From: Selaginella moellendorffii
Taxonomy: Eukaryota; Plantae; Lycopodiophyta
DNA length: 64,000 bases
NCBI RefSeq assembly: GCF_000143415.4
Contig: NW_003314285.1
Location: 331,102 to 395,101 of the forward strand
Reading direction: 5' to 3'
Position numbers and translations under genes: made by a program
Shown: in pieces, positions 27,255 to 43,800 of the stretch
Layout: every line of letters begins with the position of its first letter
Numbering within the stretch: position 1 is the stretch's first letter
Notes under the pieces: generated by a model
Databases searched by the model: none
Told to the model about the DNA's origin: nothing
Seen by the model: the letters and a program-made list of their open reading frames with translations, nothing else

Positions 27255-28505
27255 CTACCAACCGTAAATGATCATTAAGACCTTTCCCGACAAAATAAAG
27301 AAGGTTATCTTCAAATGCCAAAATGGCAGTTATCAGTAAGCAATATAAAATTCTCAAACCCATTATAAAGTTTTTAGATCCATAGCTCAACCTTTTAAGT
27401 TTTATGAACATCGTTAAAAATAAATAAATTTTGCTATGCATCTTGTGGATATTGAATATTAAATACAACAACCTCTAATAGCACAGAATTTTTGTCTAGG
27501 AAATCCACAGATGTTGGAATAACAAATTCGTCAGGAACATAAAAAGAGAGTAAAGAAGGGAAAAAAATTCAAGAAAGGGCATCAGTATCAACCATAGAAC
27601 TCCTTAGGCAATGAAAAACCTTGAAATTATATATCTAAAGCTTCAAAGTCTATCGAGTAATACAATGAACCGAGTTCTTCTACTTCAATAATAAAGTAAA
27701 TGCATCATGATCATTTTCTAGTAATGTCTGAAAACCATGCAAATATGCATGAAACTTCTCAAAACCTTAAACTACTACTAAACACTTTTCTATCATGGAG
27801 TAATTCACCTCTATTGATTGTAATATATTACTGATGTACATAATGGGATGATGTTGACCATGCACACTCGTACTTTTTTACATCAAGACATTTATGAGAC
27901 CGATATCAAAGCATCCATATGTAAAATGAATGATCAAATGTACTTAAAATATGCCAAAATTGGAGGAGTCATTAATGTCTCTTTGAGATTCGTGAATGCC
28001 CGTTCATAGTCCTCTAACTAAATGAAAGATAATATTAACAACTTCAACAACACTCACAATAGTACAATATGATAAAAAAGATAATCAATAAAATAATTGA
28101 AATACTATATTTTGTTTAGGAAGTGTTGCACATCATTCACACACTTCGAATATAAAACTTTAGAACAACTACAACTTTGTCATGATTAATTTACAAACCC
28201 TCACAATAAATATGATACCCAAGATAAATTATATTCTTGGATCCAAATATGCACTTTGACCGCTTTAATTTTCAACTAACTTCCTGTAGCTGATATAACA
28301 CTTTGTGAATATCATAGATGTGTTCCTCCTATATCCCCTTTAAATGGATCAAAACATCATTGATAAAGTTAGTTGTCACCCCTAGCATATTGCAAAGAAC
28401 TTTATCCATCATCTGCTAAAAAATCTTTGAAATATTGTTCAAACCAAAAAGCATCACCAAGAATTTGTATAAACCACATAGTATATAAAAAACAGTTTTG
28501 GGAAC
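27255..28505 (-). mobile_element. Third copy of the decayed Ty3 pol segment
   Basis: Direct repeat of ~41534-42783 and inverted relative to ~8340-9565. Confidence 0.85.
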
Positions 28506-28862
28506 ATTATTCTCATCTAGCAACACTTGATAATACCGAAAAATGAAGTTTACCTTGGTGAACTAATGACTTCTCCCTAATCCAAAAGATCAATAGTATG
28601 AGGACAAATGTATACATTTAAGATAGTCACCTCATTTAACGGATAATAATTGATGCAAAAGTGAATATTCCTATTCGACTTCATCACAAGATGAAGTTCA
28701 CATACCTAAGGACATTGAGACTTTTGAATAACACCCTTCTTTAACATGTTTTTTATGTTTGTGCATAAAATCTTGATCTCCTTTGGTGATCAATGCCAAA
28801 TAAAAACCTTGAGAATCTTTAGTTGGAATAAGATGATATATTATAATCTTGGCCTAAGATGA

Positions 28863-31800
28863 TATAATGCACATGGTTTTTACCCTTTATCCTATGGTGA
28901 TTTACCATAAAATAACCACGGAAGCAGAACTTAAACCTTCCATGTGCCATGTGTCATATGCCACGTGTCACATGCCATGTGTCTAAAGTGGAACCCAAGT
29001 TTTAGGGCCTTGGGCCACTGAATGAAGGAACGGTGCCAAACTCTCAAGCATGGAGCCAAGGAGTGATGGAATTGGACTATAGAGCAACTCCCAAGCATAC
29101 AGCCCAAGGAGCGAAGGGACAAAAGCACGGAGCAATTTGGAATAGTCCTAGAGCATCCCACATCCTAATGCCAGGACTAGCACGCAAAACAGAGCCAAAC
29201 GGAGTCTGGTGTTATTTCAGCATACTGGTGGCCTAACGTGGGGATATGAGTACTCCACCAACTAGCATGGTATGGAACTTAAGCTTAGACCCAAGGTAGA
29301 CGTAAAATAAATACAGGCATGCAAGTAGAATCTAGACTATACCTCAAGTTAGTCAGCCATGCCCAACCTACCCACTATACATTTGGAACCCCCTACAGCA
29401 CCCCCCCTTCCCCCTTGAGGAACACATGCTTTGGGCTTTCACCCAAGCCTCCCTTAGTACCAAGAGTTGGTCTCTAGGACAAGCTCAAAACTTATTAAAT
29501 ATGGAATGTCCCTAGATTGCGAATTTAGACACAGCACAAACACTATTGTGTTTAGGCCAATCTCTACATTCTGTAGATATGCCAAATGAAATCTAGACAC
29601 TTTCCATAAATAGCATTTGGGATTGAAATGAGACTAACACGAAAGGCATGATGGTGAGGGTGTTTGGCAGACACGATAAGCTATCATCCAACGATATTGA
29701 AAGACTAGTCTCAATATGCGAGGGTTCTTGTTACTAGCAAGTGCAAGACAAAACGAGACGGGAACTCCCTACCGGGCTAAGTATGTTTAGCTAATAACAC
29801 GTAGGAATTCTGTCTTTATGCTCGTCCGATCTAAGTACACTCGAAATGCCCAATTAACTCCACTAGCACAAGAGGGGCTAATAAAGGGTCCAACAATACC
29901 AACCTCTTGCCGTTGTGGCAATAAGGAAAGAGTGTCCGTAAGGACTAACCAACAAGTAACTTTCGATACCTGAAGTCACATTCATGACACTCCCCCCTAG
30001 GGAAGATCAACGTCCTCATCGATGCATACTTCAGTCTAGAATACCACCAAGGAAACAACTCCAAAAACAGTTCACAGTATTCATACTATGTGAAAAATGC
30101 ACCAACTTAAATGAGTTAGGGGTAACCTCTTTGTCTAATGCGAATGCACTACAAACTTAGACACCTTTCGGCCGTCGCCGACAAAGAAATGACCAACAGA
30201 GTTAGCCACCCTTGCTGCTCTAGATGTCACCCAACTTACAAAAGTGTGATACGCCCCTGCCTGCAGGGACATAGAGAGAGAAGCTAGAGGCCCCAAAGAA
30301 ACCAAACCTAACAGTAAGGTTTAGATAGACTACTATAAATAAGCAATTAGAGTTGTTTACACGGTCATGCCCTTTTAATAAAATAAAGAACATCAACAGA
30401 GAGGTGGGTGATATGACTAGTCGACAGTAGCTACCGTATAACTAAAGATTTCACCATACACACGAAGTGCCGAAGTTAGTCTATTTATACTGGCCCAAAC
30501 TCAAAAATCAATAGATAGACAATATCAAAGTCAAAGACAATGATATCTTAGAGACTTAATTATCAGTGAATATATCTTAAATGAGAACACAAAAGTATTC
30601 CAAATAAGTTATCATTTGATAAACCAAAATTATAGTATATAGGATCCACCAAGATCACTAAAGTTGGAAACATAGGATTTACTATTCAACAAAATTCAAT
30701 AGCTAATGTATCATCAAGGAAACTTAATGATGAAACATAACAACCAAAGGTTGTAAATAATATGCCAAACAACTTACCAAAGATAACTCAAAAAACACAA
30801 AGTATTATTAACTGGCAAGCAAGATGCTCACAAATGTATTACCCGAAGGAAATAACATTCTAGTCTACTGAAACTAACGTGAGCAATAATCAACAGAACA
30901 GAATGAATGTGGCAAGAATAACAAACACTCGTTCATGCCAATTATCACACTAGCCAATCCGAATAGATCTCAGCCAACAACACCAAGGAACTCAAGTTAC
31001 CTAAGCAAGTGTCAACAATATCCTATTAATGTCTCAAACCCAAGAGACCACTCCAGAGCAAACCACAAAAAACATGTGGTATTACAAAAAGCCATAAGCC
31101 ATTAAAGAGAACAATTAACCATCATGAAAGATCATCAATCCTATCAAAAAGAGATATGCAAAATCATCATTTAAGAAGGAATCCATCATCCCGAAAAATA
31201 GTGAATTATTTTGTAACAACAACAATCAAGCAAAACCTTTTGATAAGGATAATCAACTATCCTAGATGATAGTCAATCATCACTAATGATTGCTAGATGC
31301 AAACGCTAACTTCAACTTTGAAGCTATTAAGCTAAAATGCCTTCCCCAACAACTTCTAGCAAATGAAACAAATAAGCATAAAAACTCAAGGAACCAAAAA
31401 CATGAAGAAGTCTATAGCTATATTTTGCCTAACAATAATCATAAGTCTTGCATAAATTAACTTCAATGCTAAAGAAAAAATCATAGCACAACCCATAATA
31501 TCCTTCTTAACACATCCATAAGCCAAACTTCATAATGCCAAAGCTAATCAAGAGCATATCTGCATCAATCCAAAAGCCAATCACAATGAAGCTATGCTCA
31601 ACAAATGATCATCTAATCGATCCTTCATGAATCCATCTATAGCAAGACGTAACTCACTTTATAACAAGCACAAGAAGAATCATCAATGATCGATATATCC
31701 CAATTGAAATTCAACAAGGATTCAATCACTTCAGTACCAATGATTAACTCTTTCTCTCATAAAGTTAGCATAATTTATGACTAAATCACTTTTCAAGGAA

Positions 31801-34800
31801 AAGCTAAAACTCAACCCCTACTAAACAATCATGTTTAGAACACAACTAACTCAACTTGTTACGTAGTTCATTTAAACGTCAATACAATTGCTAACTAGCA
31901 AATACACGGATGCCAATAACATAAAGCTACAACCCAAGCATTAACACTATTTACATTGAGACTAATGAAACTTAATATCAATCCTAAGGAGAGATATTTC
32001 ATTTCACTTAAATCTCAACATCAACAATATTAACAACAAAGCATCACTTCAATGCTATCAACACTAGAACATAGCTAGAAGAAAGTAAAAGTGAATCACC
32101 ACTTGAAGCTTTTTAGCAACCAAGCTAACCAAAGTCAAAGATACCTTAGTCAGTATCCGAGTCTAAACCTTCAACAATACTCAATTACAGATAACATATC
32201 ATCAAGAAGTGATTCACCACATCCAAAACTCAAAGAAATCCAACACCACAGACTAAACGTAACCAAATGACATTGACAAAGGTAGAATCGATATACCAAC
32301 ATGGAAAAACCATATAAGTCTAACGACAAGATCCTCCGCAATACCATCTGGTAAAAGAAGCCCATCACTGCTAAATTATTATTGAGTGAAGCAAGTGTCA
32401 AATAGTCCTTGAAAGTCTACAAGTAATCACTAATCGCAAAGTAACTAACAATCACTTTTCAACTTGCCTTCACAAGACCCAAACACTAAACTCACGTCAT
32501 CAAGTCATATGCTTGTCCAATATGAATGTAATACCCCAAATACGAGATATTGGCTCATGGATAAGCACAAACTAATGACCACTCAAATCCAACTCAACTG
32601 CAATAAGCTTATTAATGTGTTTAGTCAATAATTTTGAGCATGCCTTGAAGAGGCTAGCTATGCATGATCAACACTTAGTCGAAACTAAAGTGAAGACCAT
32701 GAGATGGACTCATATCGGTACACAACCTCCTCATAGACAAATCTATAACAACATCTCAACTACAAACAACTAAGTTGGACATCACCATCCTCAACCAAGG
32801 CGCAAAGCTATTAAGACCAAGTCAAGATCAATGAGAGCTCACTACTCTCATAGAGTCTAATGAAATGTAAGGTGCAACTTGCCACCAAGCACAACACTAC
32901 AGAAGAAAGGCACAAATGTCATCTTTCTAGAAAAGTGCAACAGCCACGTTTCTACATCAATTCTAAACTCTATCCAATTCAATTGCCTTAGCATCAAAAG
33001 TTAACATTTTTTTTAGGCTGCATCATACAAACTACTTACTAAGGTCTAAGTTAACCAAAGTCAACTCTAACCCCTTCACTAGTTTGTACTGGGCTTATGA
33101 AAATGAAATGGTTTTCGAGTAAAGTGATCGACAGGTCAGCCATTGGAAAAGTCTAAGAAAATTGTGGAAAATTTTCCATCCTAGAGAAAGAATGACTCTC
33201 AGTCTAAAAATACAAACTTTCGAGACTTAACCAGCTTCCTTTTACTTACAACTTCCCATAGGTTCACCTCAACACAAATTCTCATAACCCAATAATGTGT
33301 CTAAGCATCAAACATCTTTGCCCATATCTCCAAATCCAACACCGACATTTACAAAATGCAAAACGAATATTCAAAGCTTGATCATGAAGACCATATCTTC
33401 AGATATCCACATTACACTAACACTCTTCTTTAATCACCTTCAAAATTTAATGTGAAGCCAAAACACTAACAAGAAAAATGACATAAAACATCAAGATCTA
33501 AGGAGAATTCCTCATCACTTGAATTAACAATGCAACTTCCACTAACACAAGTGCTAGCAATGTCAATGCCTCAACTACACATCTTCTCCATCCAACAATC
33601 TACTCCAAGTGCTAACAGATCAATCGATAAATTATAGCAAATGAATACTACAACCCTTTTCCAACACCTCAATGGGCAAACTCTTTGGAAACAAAGAACC
33701 AATTTAAACTTAGCATAATGCATCACCATTGAGAATCTAGTCAAAGCTACTACAATGCTACTAGTGCAAGTAAATTAACTTCACCATCAACCACTTTGGG
33801 GTTGATCATTGAATAACTAAGTAACTTCGTAAACATATTACTCATTATCATATGGATATGATATAAAAATCACAATGACTTGATCATCAATTTGAGCAAC
33901 ACCATAAGCATTACCCATATCATTACTTCAAAGGTTTATGTGAGTATCAAGTGCTAACTTAATTCAACAAAATGCAACACCAATGCCACACCCCACTGAA
34001 AGAGATTTACAACATTTAACACCACTAACTTTTGTTCACAATACGGACAAGCTCATATCACTCTCTTTTCGACCAAACTCAAAACTAATCCAACACCAAG
34101 CTACTCAAGGAGCAATACCAAGGTTCCTTAGAAAAGAATTGAGCATTGTAACCTAAATTTTTTAATAGCAAGCCTAGACAAAATGGTTTAGCACTTCATC
34201 ACTATCCATCCTATAATTCACTATTTATAAGACCATCATAACCAACATGCATCAAGATAGGGTCTATTGATTGCATAATGTGAATAGGAGCAATGAGTCA
34301 CACTTCATTGCGAATCATCTCTCCAAAACGAGAAAATGATTTATGTGTTTGATCTTTCGTCTTTAATTACTCTCTTTTTGGTCTCATCTTTGACTAAACC
34401 TCAAACTTGCATTTGCATTGCCTTTAGTCCAATCCAAAAAAAGTTTATAAAAGAGCACGGCAATGACTACTTGAACCAATAGACTAATCCCTATAATCTT
34501 GATTGATCTACTCATAATCATGTCTAGGAAGGATCCACTAGTGCTATGCTAAACAACTATAGACCAACCTATTTGCCACTCATAGCAAACCCATGGAAGG
34601 TTTACTTTCACCCATGGTACATGGAACAACTCATGGAACCACCGATAGGCTAACATTAATCCCGCCAACTCAAAATGTATCCTTGAGTTGCTAATGTGCC
34701 TCACTCACGAGCCCAAGTGCAAACTCGTGCAAACGGAATAACTCAGTCCCAACTTATGAGCCCAAGCTAAAGCTCATATAATCTAGTATGAAAGGAAAAC

Positions 34801-36316
34801 AAATTTCATACCCAAGGAACAATTGCAAAGCCTTTGCACCCAAACGTGTACCCACTCGGATCATTGTTTTCATCTCTGCATATGCAATAAGACTAATTAC
34901 TTACTCTCATTGGATAGTGTAAGCAACCAAAGGGAACGACTCGAGAGACGGTCCATGGGGTTCAAATATAGAGGGAAAGGGCCCATGAACAAGAGTGCAC
35001 CCCCTTTTCTAATCGGTTAAGGGTCTTGGGATAGTTGGAGTTAAGCGTCCTTGGGTTTGAATAGTACTGGGATGGGTGACCTCCCGGGAAGTCCAAACTC
35101 AGGAGCTTACAAATAGTACTCGCTGAGACTCATCTTCTGATAGCACACGTGGTTTTTACCCTTTATCCTATGGTGATTTACCATAGGATTTTACCCTTTA
35201 TCCTATGGTGATTTACCATAGGATAACCACAGAAGTGGAATCTAAACCCTCCATGTGCCACGTGTCATATGGCATATGTCATATGCCACATGTTCAAAAG
35301 ACAGTGGTGTGGAACCCAAGTTTCAAGGCCTTGGGCCATTGAACGAAGGAATGGTGCCAAACTCCCAAGCATGGAGCTGAGGAGTAATGGCACTGCAGCA
35401 TGGAACAGCTCCCGAGTGTATAGCCCAAGGAGCGAAGGGATAAGAGCACAGAGTGACTTGGAACAGTCCTAGAGCAACTAACATCCCAATGCCAGGACTA
35501 ATACGCAAAACGGAACCAAACGGAGTTTGGCACTATTTCAGCATACTGGTGACCTAATGCGAGGATATGGGTACTCCACCAAATAGCATGGTGTGGAGCT
35601 TGGGCTTAGACCCAAGCCAGACATAGAATAAAGACAAGCATGCAAGCAAGAGCTAGATTATGCCTCAGGTTGGTCAGCCATGCCCGACCTACCCACTATC
35701 CCTACTAGATATTTAGAACCCCCGAATACCCCCCTCTTTGAGGAACATACGCTTTGGGCTTTCACCCCAAACTTCGCTTAGTATCAGGAGTTAATCTCTA
35801 AGACAAGCTTGAAACTTACTAAATATGGAATGTCCCTAGATTGCGAATTTGGACATGGGACAAACACCATTGTGTTCAAGACAATCTCTACATTCCATAG
35901 ATATACCAAATGAGCAAATTTAGACACTTTCCATAAATAACATTTGGGACCGAAATGAGACTAACACAAAGGACATGATAGCGAAGGTGTTTAGCAGACA
36001 CGGTAAGCTATCATCCAGTGATATTGAGGGACCAGTCTCAATACGCGAGGGTTCTTGTTACTAGTAAGTGCAAAACAAAATTAGACGGGAACTCCTTACC
36101 GGGCTAAGTATGTTTAGCTAATAACACATAAGAATTCCATCCTTATGCTTGTTCGGTCTAAGTACACTTGAAATGCCCAATTAACTCCACTAGCACAAAA
36201 GGGGCTGATAAAGGATCCAGCAATACCGACCTCTTGCCGTCGTGGCAGTAAGGAAAGAGTGTTTGTAAAGACTAACCAATAGGTAACTTTCGATACCCAA
36301 AGTCACATTTGCAACA
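28863..36316 (-). mobile_element. Full-length but decayed LTR retrotransposon, family A (7.45 kb)
   Basis: LTRs ~28863-29990 and ~35140-36316, TSD GATGA on both flanks, PPT (TCCCCCCTAG on +, 29991-30000), eroded PBS at ~35135. The interior has no long ORFs. Confidence 0.88.
34918..35111 (+). mobile_element. Cassandra-like solo LTR containing the 5S rRNA internal promoter region
   Basis: TGTAAGC...GCTTACA ends, TSD GATAG/AATAG. 35039-35094 (AGTTAAGCGTCCTTGGGTTTGAATAGTACTGGGATGGGTGACCTCCCGGGAAGTCC) matches the plant 5S A-box/IE/C-box segment. Confidence 0.85.
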
Positions 36317-37598
36317 GATGATATGTTAAATTCAAATAAATTAGTATACTTCTTTTTGACTCAGTCAACCACTATAACACAAAGACTATTAGAAGGAAAT
36401 ATAATAGGGATAATGGATATGTTAGGTATGGCTGACCAATTTGAGACATAATCTTACTTTACACTTGTATGTTTGTTTTTGTTTTGCATTTAACTTGGGC
36501 CTAAGCCCAAAGTCCATAATATGCTAGCTAATAAAGTATTTATATCCTCAAGTTAGACCACCAATATGTTAAAATAACATTAAACTTTTGTTTTGTATAC
36601 TAAGTATAGCATTGGGATGGTGGATGCATTAGGACCGTTCTAATATCTAGATGTTACCCTTGTAACAAACTAATCTAAAATTGATAGTATATGATTTCAA
36701 ACTATAGTTTTTTATCTTTGATTATTATTTTGACTAATTTTTATTAGTGTTATTAATACTAATATTATAAAAATCTAATTTTAGACAGACAAAAAGGATT
36801 AAATCTTTTGATTATATATTTACAGTAATAATAATTTACTTTACATTTTTTAAAAATAGTCACATTTATATAATATAATAATAATTACACCACTTAGTAT
36901 AGCAAAAAAGATGAATTGTTATTAAATACATGTTAAATTTTATTTTAAGTCTGTATTAAGTTCTAAAATATTATTATTCTGTGTTGGGCTAACTAGATTT
37001 AATATGAAAAATTAATTTTCTCTTATTTATTTTTTTATAAGAGTTTGTGATATTTTAAATAATGTAGAAATAAATTATAAGAAAATATCTAAATGAAGTA
37101 TTATATTTTTCTATCAACTTTAGTCTCAAAAGTACTTCCTCTTTAGGTGAAGATAATAAAGAGTATCTAAGTCTGCATTTGTTTTGCTGGCAAACTCTTT
37201 CTCATTTACTAATTGCAGAATGCACTTAGGAGAAGGGGGCTTTCTCCTCGAAAGTTCTAATGTCTTATTCACAAGGTTTTTGTGCTGTGGAGGCATTAGC
37301 CAGCAAAGAAAAATTGTAACAGGCATGCTTTGGTGGCGGAAAGGGAGTGAAAACACTCCACCAAGAAAAACTTGTCCAAAGTCACAGGATGCATTTGAGC
37401 GGTACTTGACTTTTTTTTGCATCATGACAAGCTTGATCATCTCTTGTGATATTTGGAGGTTGTGAGATATGGTTCTTTCGAGGGTGAAATGTTTGAACTT
37501 GTGTGCCATTGCCGACTTTCACCACATGAAATGGATACGACTTATTCCATCACAAAACAAAAAGCTTGTCAAAATACACCGGCTCGAGTTGTGTTTAA

Positions 37599-38780
<1,182 letters not shown>

Positions 38781-38846
38781 CTTGAGAAAAAGTATACTTG
38801 ATAAACACCTTGGAACCAAGAGATAACTTTTATATGTTGAAAAAAT

Positions 38847-39173
38847 CTAGCTCACTTTGCCACAGTATTTACGATTTGGAGCCAAGAGCGGCTTGAGGTT
38901 CCCCATATTGATCATTCCTGTCGCAAAGTCCTGGAAAAATCGCACTTGATCCATGGCATAAGTGTGCACCAGCTACGCAACTGTCCAATCACCACCACTC
39001 CACAGTGTCTGGTCAGAGTGGAACAATCCACTGAAATTTATAAAGTTCTTGTAGTACTTGTTGTCAAACACCACTGGAGTTTGCAAATCTAGAGGAGAAA
39101 GGTTTGAGTCACCACCACTGCTGGGACACTGGCCCCTGAGCGATTGGTTGTAGTAAGGGTCATATAATCTGGC
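38847..39173 (-). pseudogene. Mirror copy of the peroxidase last-exon fragment
   Basis: Reverse complement of 11882-12208 with the same internal TAG. Confidence 0.88.
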
Positions 39174-39209
39174 GAAGAGCTCAGCGATGGACCATAATCC
39201 AAGCTCTTC

Positions 39210-42200
39210 TGTTGCGCCCAGAGCTGAGCATACCGCCCAGGTCTTGCAAAGCTAACAGAAACGTATACCTCGTCGCAGTTCAGTGCTGTTGTGAGACGGT
39301 GAGCAATGAATATGGCGGCCACAAGTGACCTGAGAGACGATAGAATTTCTGCCTCGGTGGTGGAATCTAGAGCACTCGTTGCTTCATCACACAACCTGAT
39401 AAGAAAACGCGTCGTGAAACGTTCAAGGGAACAACACAACTGGCTTACAAGAGGATTTGAGGAATGCTCTTGCCAGCGCTATCTCTCCTCCACTCAGCTG
39501 CAAAGCTAGACGGAAGTAAAGAGCTTTGAATACCTTCAGTCCCCTCTCGCCAAACCAAACTTGAGAATTGACTCATGAATGGCAGCTTGTTTAGTGTTGA
39601 AAACAATCTGAGGTAACCACAAGTGGTTAGGAGTTCATCTTTTTTTGCAGTACTACTTCAATACCCAATTAAAGACCGCGGCTAACATCTTTGATATTCT
39701 GATCGCCTATCTTCACCTGTAATCGAGATACTTGAGCACTCCAGTAGGAATCCGAGCGCAAGTAAACAAACACGTTAAAAATATTGTGGTAACCTAAAGA
39801 CCTTGGTAAAGTGCTGCCACGGTAGAAAGTGCAGAGGAGCAAACTAATGCTGCAAAGCTCAAGAATCCAAGATGGAATTTGGCTAGATACTTGAATGAAG
39901 ACTTTACCCATGGGAACAATTAAGATATTAAGGCCCTAGTCTGGTTTAAGATGTATTTCAAGTACTGGAAAACACCTTACATATAGAAAACGAGAAGACA
40001 AGCCAGAAAGGCTCTTAAAACAAAAAGTTAAGTACCGATAAAGAACATAATTCCCCACATATGATTCAATTGATCTACTTCCTGGGACAAAGACAATGAA
40101 ACCAAGAGCCTTTTTATCCAAAAAAGAAGTCCAACAAACCTGAGATGGATCAACTGAAAAGGCAACACTGAGTAGCCTCTACTTGCATTCCAAGGAGCCG
40201 ACAATCACCAATCCAGTCCAGCAAAATATAAAAAAGCCTAGCTCTCTAAAGGAAATACTTCAGATTATAGTGTAGCACCACCTAATCCTTCTAGATTTTT
40301 TAGGATTGAAACTAATCCAATCATTACCACTTAAATAAATATAATAATTAAATATATGACATCATAATTATACATTTGGACCTCATATCATCCCTTCTTC
40401 TTTGAAGGATGGATGGCAATTAAGATTCTTTAGTTGATAGGTTGGGATTTGGAGGAACATCAAAAAGAGGCATTGGTAGATCTATAAGTGGTGTTAGTTA
40501 TTCTTGATTTCTTTGTACAAAATATTTTAATTGCTATACATATATAATTTCTGGCCAATTGAATGTTATATTGAATCTTATAAACTTGTGGTCTAACATC
40601 TGATACTTTAAATAAACCATATACTATAAAATTGGGAAAACAAATTAATACTAAATTATCCACTTTATACTTTGTAAATGGGCGATAATGGGAATTGTAA
40701 TATTGTTGTTGTTCCACTTGTACACAACCCAAATGTTCAATAAACTCCACTTGAACTAATGGAAAAATACTCATCAAATACTGATTCTTAAACCTATCAT
40801 TAATAGCTCATAGTAATCACAAAAATAAACTCAATTTTGTTGGTAATATCAGATCATAACCATATAAGAATTTATATAGTGAAGCACTAATAGAACTCTA
40901 TACCCATATAACATACACGTACCAAAGAAAAGGCAAATAACCATCCCAAATCAAATGCAAAAATTTCATGTAATTCATAATTATTTAAGTTTTGAACAAT
41001 TTATTTTAGCAAATCATTCATCTTTGAATAATAAGTACTTGTGAAAGTGTGGTCTATCCCCAACCAAGATGTTAAAATATGAAATGCCTTAGCCATTAAT
41101 GCAAGACCATTATTCAAAAGAATTTACTTTGGATAAGAATATTAGAACACCACTTGATTGAGGAGAAAGTATTCAATAGTAGTTATAGATGCACTAACAA
41201 GAGCATCAACTTCCACCCAATGAGTTAAGTAGTAAAAAGTAATAATAACATACTCATTACTAGCAATTGACTATGTTAAAGGCTCTATCACATCAAATGC
41301 TACCAACTCAAATAGATGGGAAATTATAATTAACTCTAATTGTCCTTCTATAGTATGTGGGGAAATATTATGAGTTTAGCATTAAACACAACTACACACA
41401 TATTAGCATTATATCTTCCACCAATAAAAAGACATATATAGCTTCTCATTTACACAATAATATCTTATATACCCATCTAGAATATGAGAATCATGATAAA
41501 TATGGAGAAAACACAAAATAAACATCAAAAACATTACCAACCATAAATGATCATTAGGACCTTTCCCAACAAAATAAAGAAGGTTGTCTTTAAATGCTAA
41601 ATGGCAGTTATCAATAAGTAATATAACATTCTTAAACCCATTATAAAGCTTTTAGATTCACAGCTTAACCTTTTACGTTTTATGAACCTCGTTAAAAATA
41701 AATAAATTTTGCTCTGCATCTTGTGGATATTGAATATTAAATACAACAACCTCTGACAACACAGAATTTTTGTCTAGAAAATTCACAGATATTGGAATAA
41801 CAAATTCATTAGAAACATAAAAAGAGAGCAAAGAAGGGAGAAAAATTCAAAAAAGGGCATCAGTATTAAACATAGAACTCCTTAAGCAATAAATAACCTT
41901 GAAATTATATATCTAAAACTTCAAAGTCTATCGAGTAATATAATGAACCAAGTTCTTTTGCTTCAATAATAAAGTAATTGTTGCATGATCATTTTTTAGT
42001 AATGTCTGAAAACCATGCAAATATGCATGAAACTTCTCAAAACCTTAAACTACTACTAAACACTTTTTTATCATGAAGTAATTCACCTCTATTAATTGTA
42101 ATATATTGCTGATGTATATAATGGGATGATGCTAACCATGCACACTCATACCTTTTTACATCAAGACATTCATGAGACCGATATCAAAGCATCCATATGT

Positions 42201-43800
42201 AATATGAATGATCAAGTGTATTTAAAATATGCCAAAATTGGAGGAGCCATTAATATCTCTTTGAGATCTGTGAATGCCCGTTCATAGTCCTTTGACTAAA
42301 TGAAAGATAATATTAACAACTTCAACAACACTCACAATAGTACAATATGATAAAAAAGATAATCAATAAAATAATTGAAATACTATATTTTGTTTAGGAA
42401 GTGTTGCACATCATTCACACACTTCGAATATGAAACTTTAGAACAACTACAACTTTGTCATGATTAATTTACAAACCCTCACAATAAATATGATACCCAA
42501 GATAAATTATATTCTTGGATCCAAATATGCACTTTGACCGCTTTAATTTTCAACTAACTTCCTGTAGCTGATATAACACTTTGTGAATATCATAGATGTG
42601 TTCCTCCTATGTCCCTTTTAAATGGATTAAAACATCATCGATAAAATTAATTGTCACCTTTAGTATATTGCAAAAAAATTTACTTGTCATCCGCTAGAAA
42701 GTCGCTGAAATAATGCTTAAACCAAACAGCATCACCAAGAATTTGTACAAACCACATAGTATATAAAAAATAGTTTTGGGAACTAATCATCCACTCATAT
42801 TGTAGTCTCACAGTGAAACTTGTATCATTATCTCTAATACTAGATATAGCGCACTTTATCTCCCTCCCTTTAAGTTAACTAGAAAATGAGCAATTGCTTA
42901 ATAAAAGAACCTTTAATAACTATTTTATATTTTTTTATTTCTCAAGGTTTTAAGGATCTAAAATCTCATTCCATAATCACATATGCTATAGCAAGTAGGC
43001 TATCAAATATTAAAGTTGGTATTTCATATTGGTCAACATGTGCTCAACATATGCTCCACTATGCCAACCATAGGTCTTTTGTGGTGCAAATCTACATATA
43101 ATTCTTGTAGGCAAATATTGGGCCATGGACATCTGTGAATTTTTATGAGAAATGGAGATCAAATGCCAATCCTTAGTCATTGACACCTTGCTCGTGAGCA
43201 CACTGTAGTTGAGTTGGAAGCAAAACAAAGGTGACAACACTTCTCATTGCAAATGCTGACGGCTATGTAAAGATCATACTAAGGTTTCAACCCAGAAGGC
43301 ATCATGAGGGGCAACAAGCATATCAGTGAAATAAATGGCTCATGAGATCAGCAAAACAGCTTACTATAGTCTGTCTGTCTTAGTGGGCACTGCAAGACCC
43401 TGTAAACAGTTAATGAATGAATGAATGAATGAATACTTACCATTACATGTAGATGCTCCTGCTTGAGGAAGACTATAACCGATAAGCACAGAGACTGGAG
43501 CAGCATAAGCCGTAGAAGCCAGAGTCACTTCTTGTGACACTCCCGTTGCAGCAACCAAACCATCCACTGCATGCTTGAACAGAAATGGAACTTGTACTTT
43601 CAGAACCTGCATATACGCATACAAGCACAAGAAGATGAGAGCTATCTATCCATCTATATTCTGTTTTGGCAGTCTGGCGGTGCCCAACAAGAAGCATGAG
43701 ACTGCAAACAAGTTTGCAAGTTTGTTGTGGAGGTCTTCTCACTCCCTCCATCTCCACGCTCACGGTTACATAGGAAGAACGAAAAATGATACCACCAATT
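39210..43800 (-). pseudogene. ATM3/ABCB25-type mitochondrial ABC transporter pseudogene split by a Ty3 relic
   Basis: 5' exon VLKVQVPFLFKHAVD...VLIGYSLPQAGASTCN (43440-43607) and NBD remnants at 39210-39720. A Ty3 relic (~39925-42780) lies between them. Confidence 0.8.
39925..42780 (-). mobile_element. Decayed Ty3/gypsy relic, mirror of 8340-11172
   Basis: Reverse-complement homology to the left-arm relic. Confidence 0.8.

Noticed and set aside
35039-35094. 5S rRNA gene
   Set aside because: Only the internal control region is present, embedded in a TG...CA unit. The 5S ends and terminator are missing.
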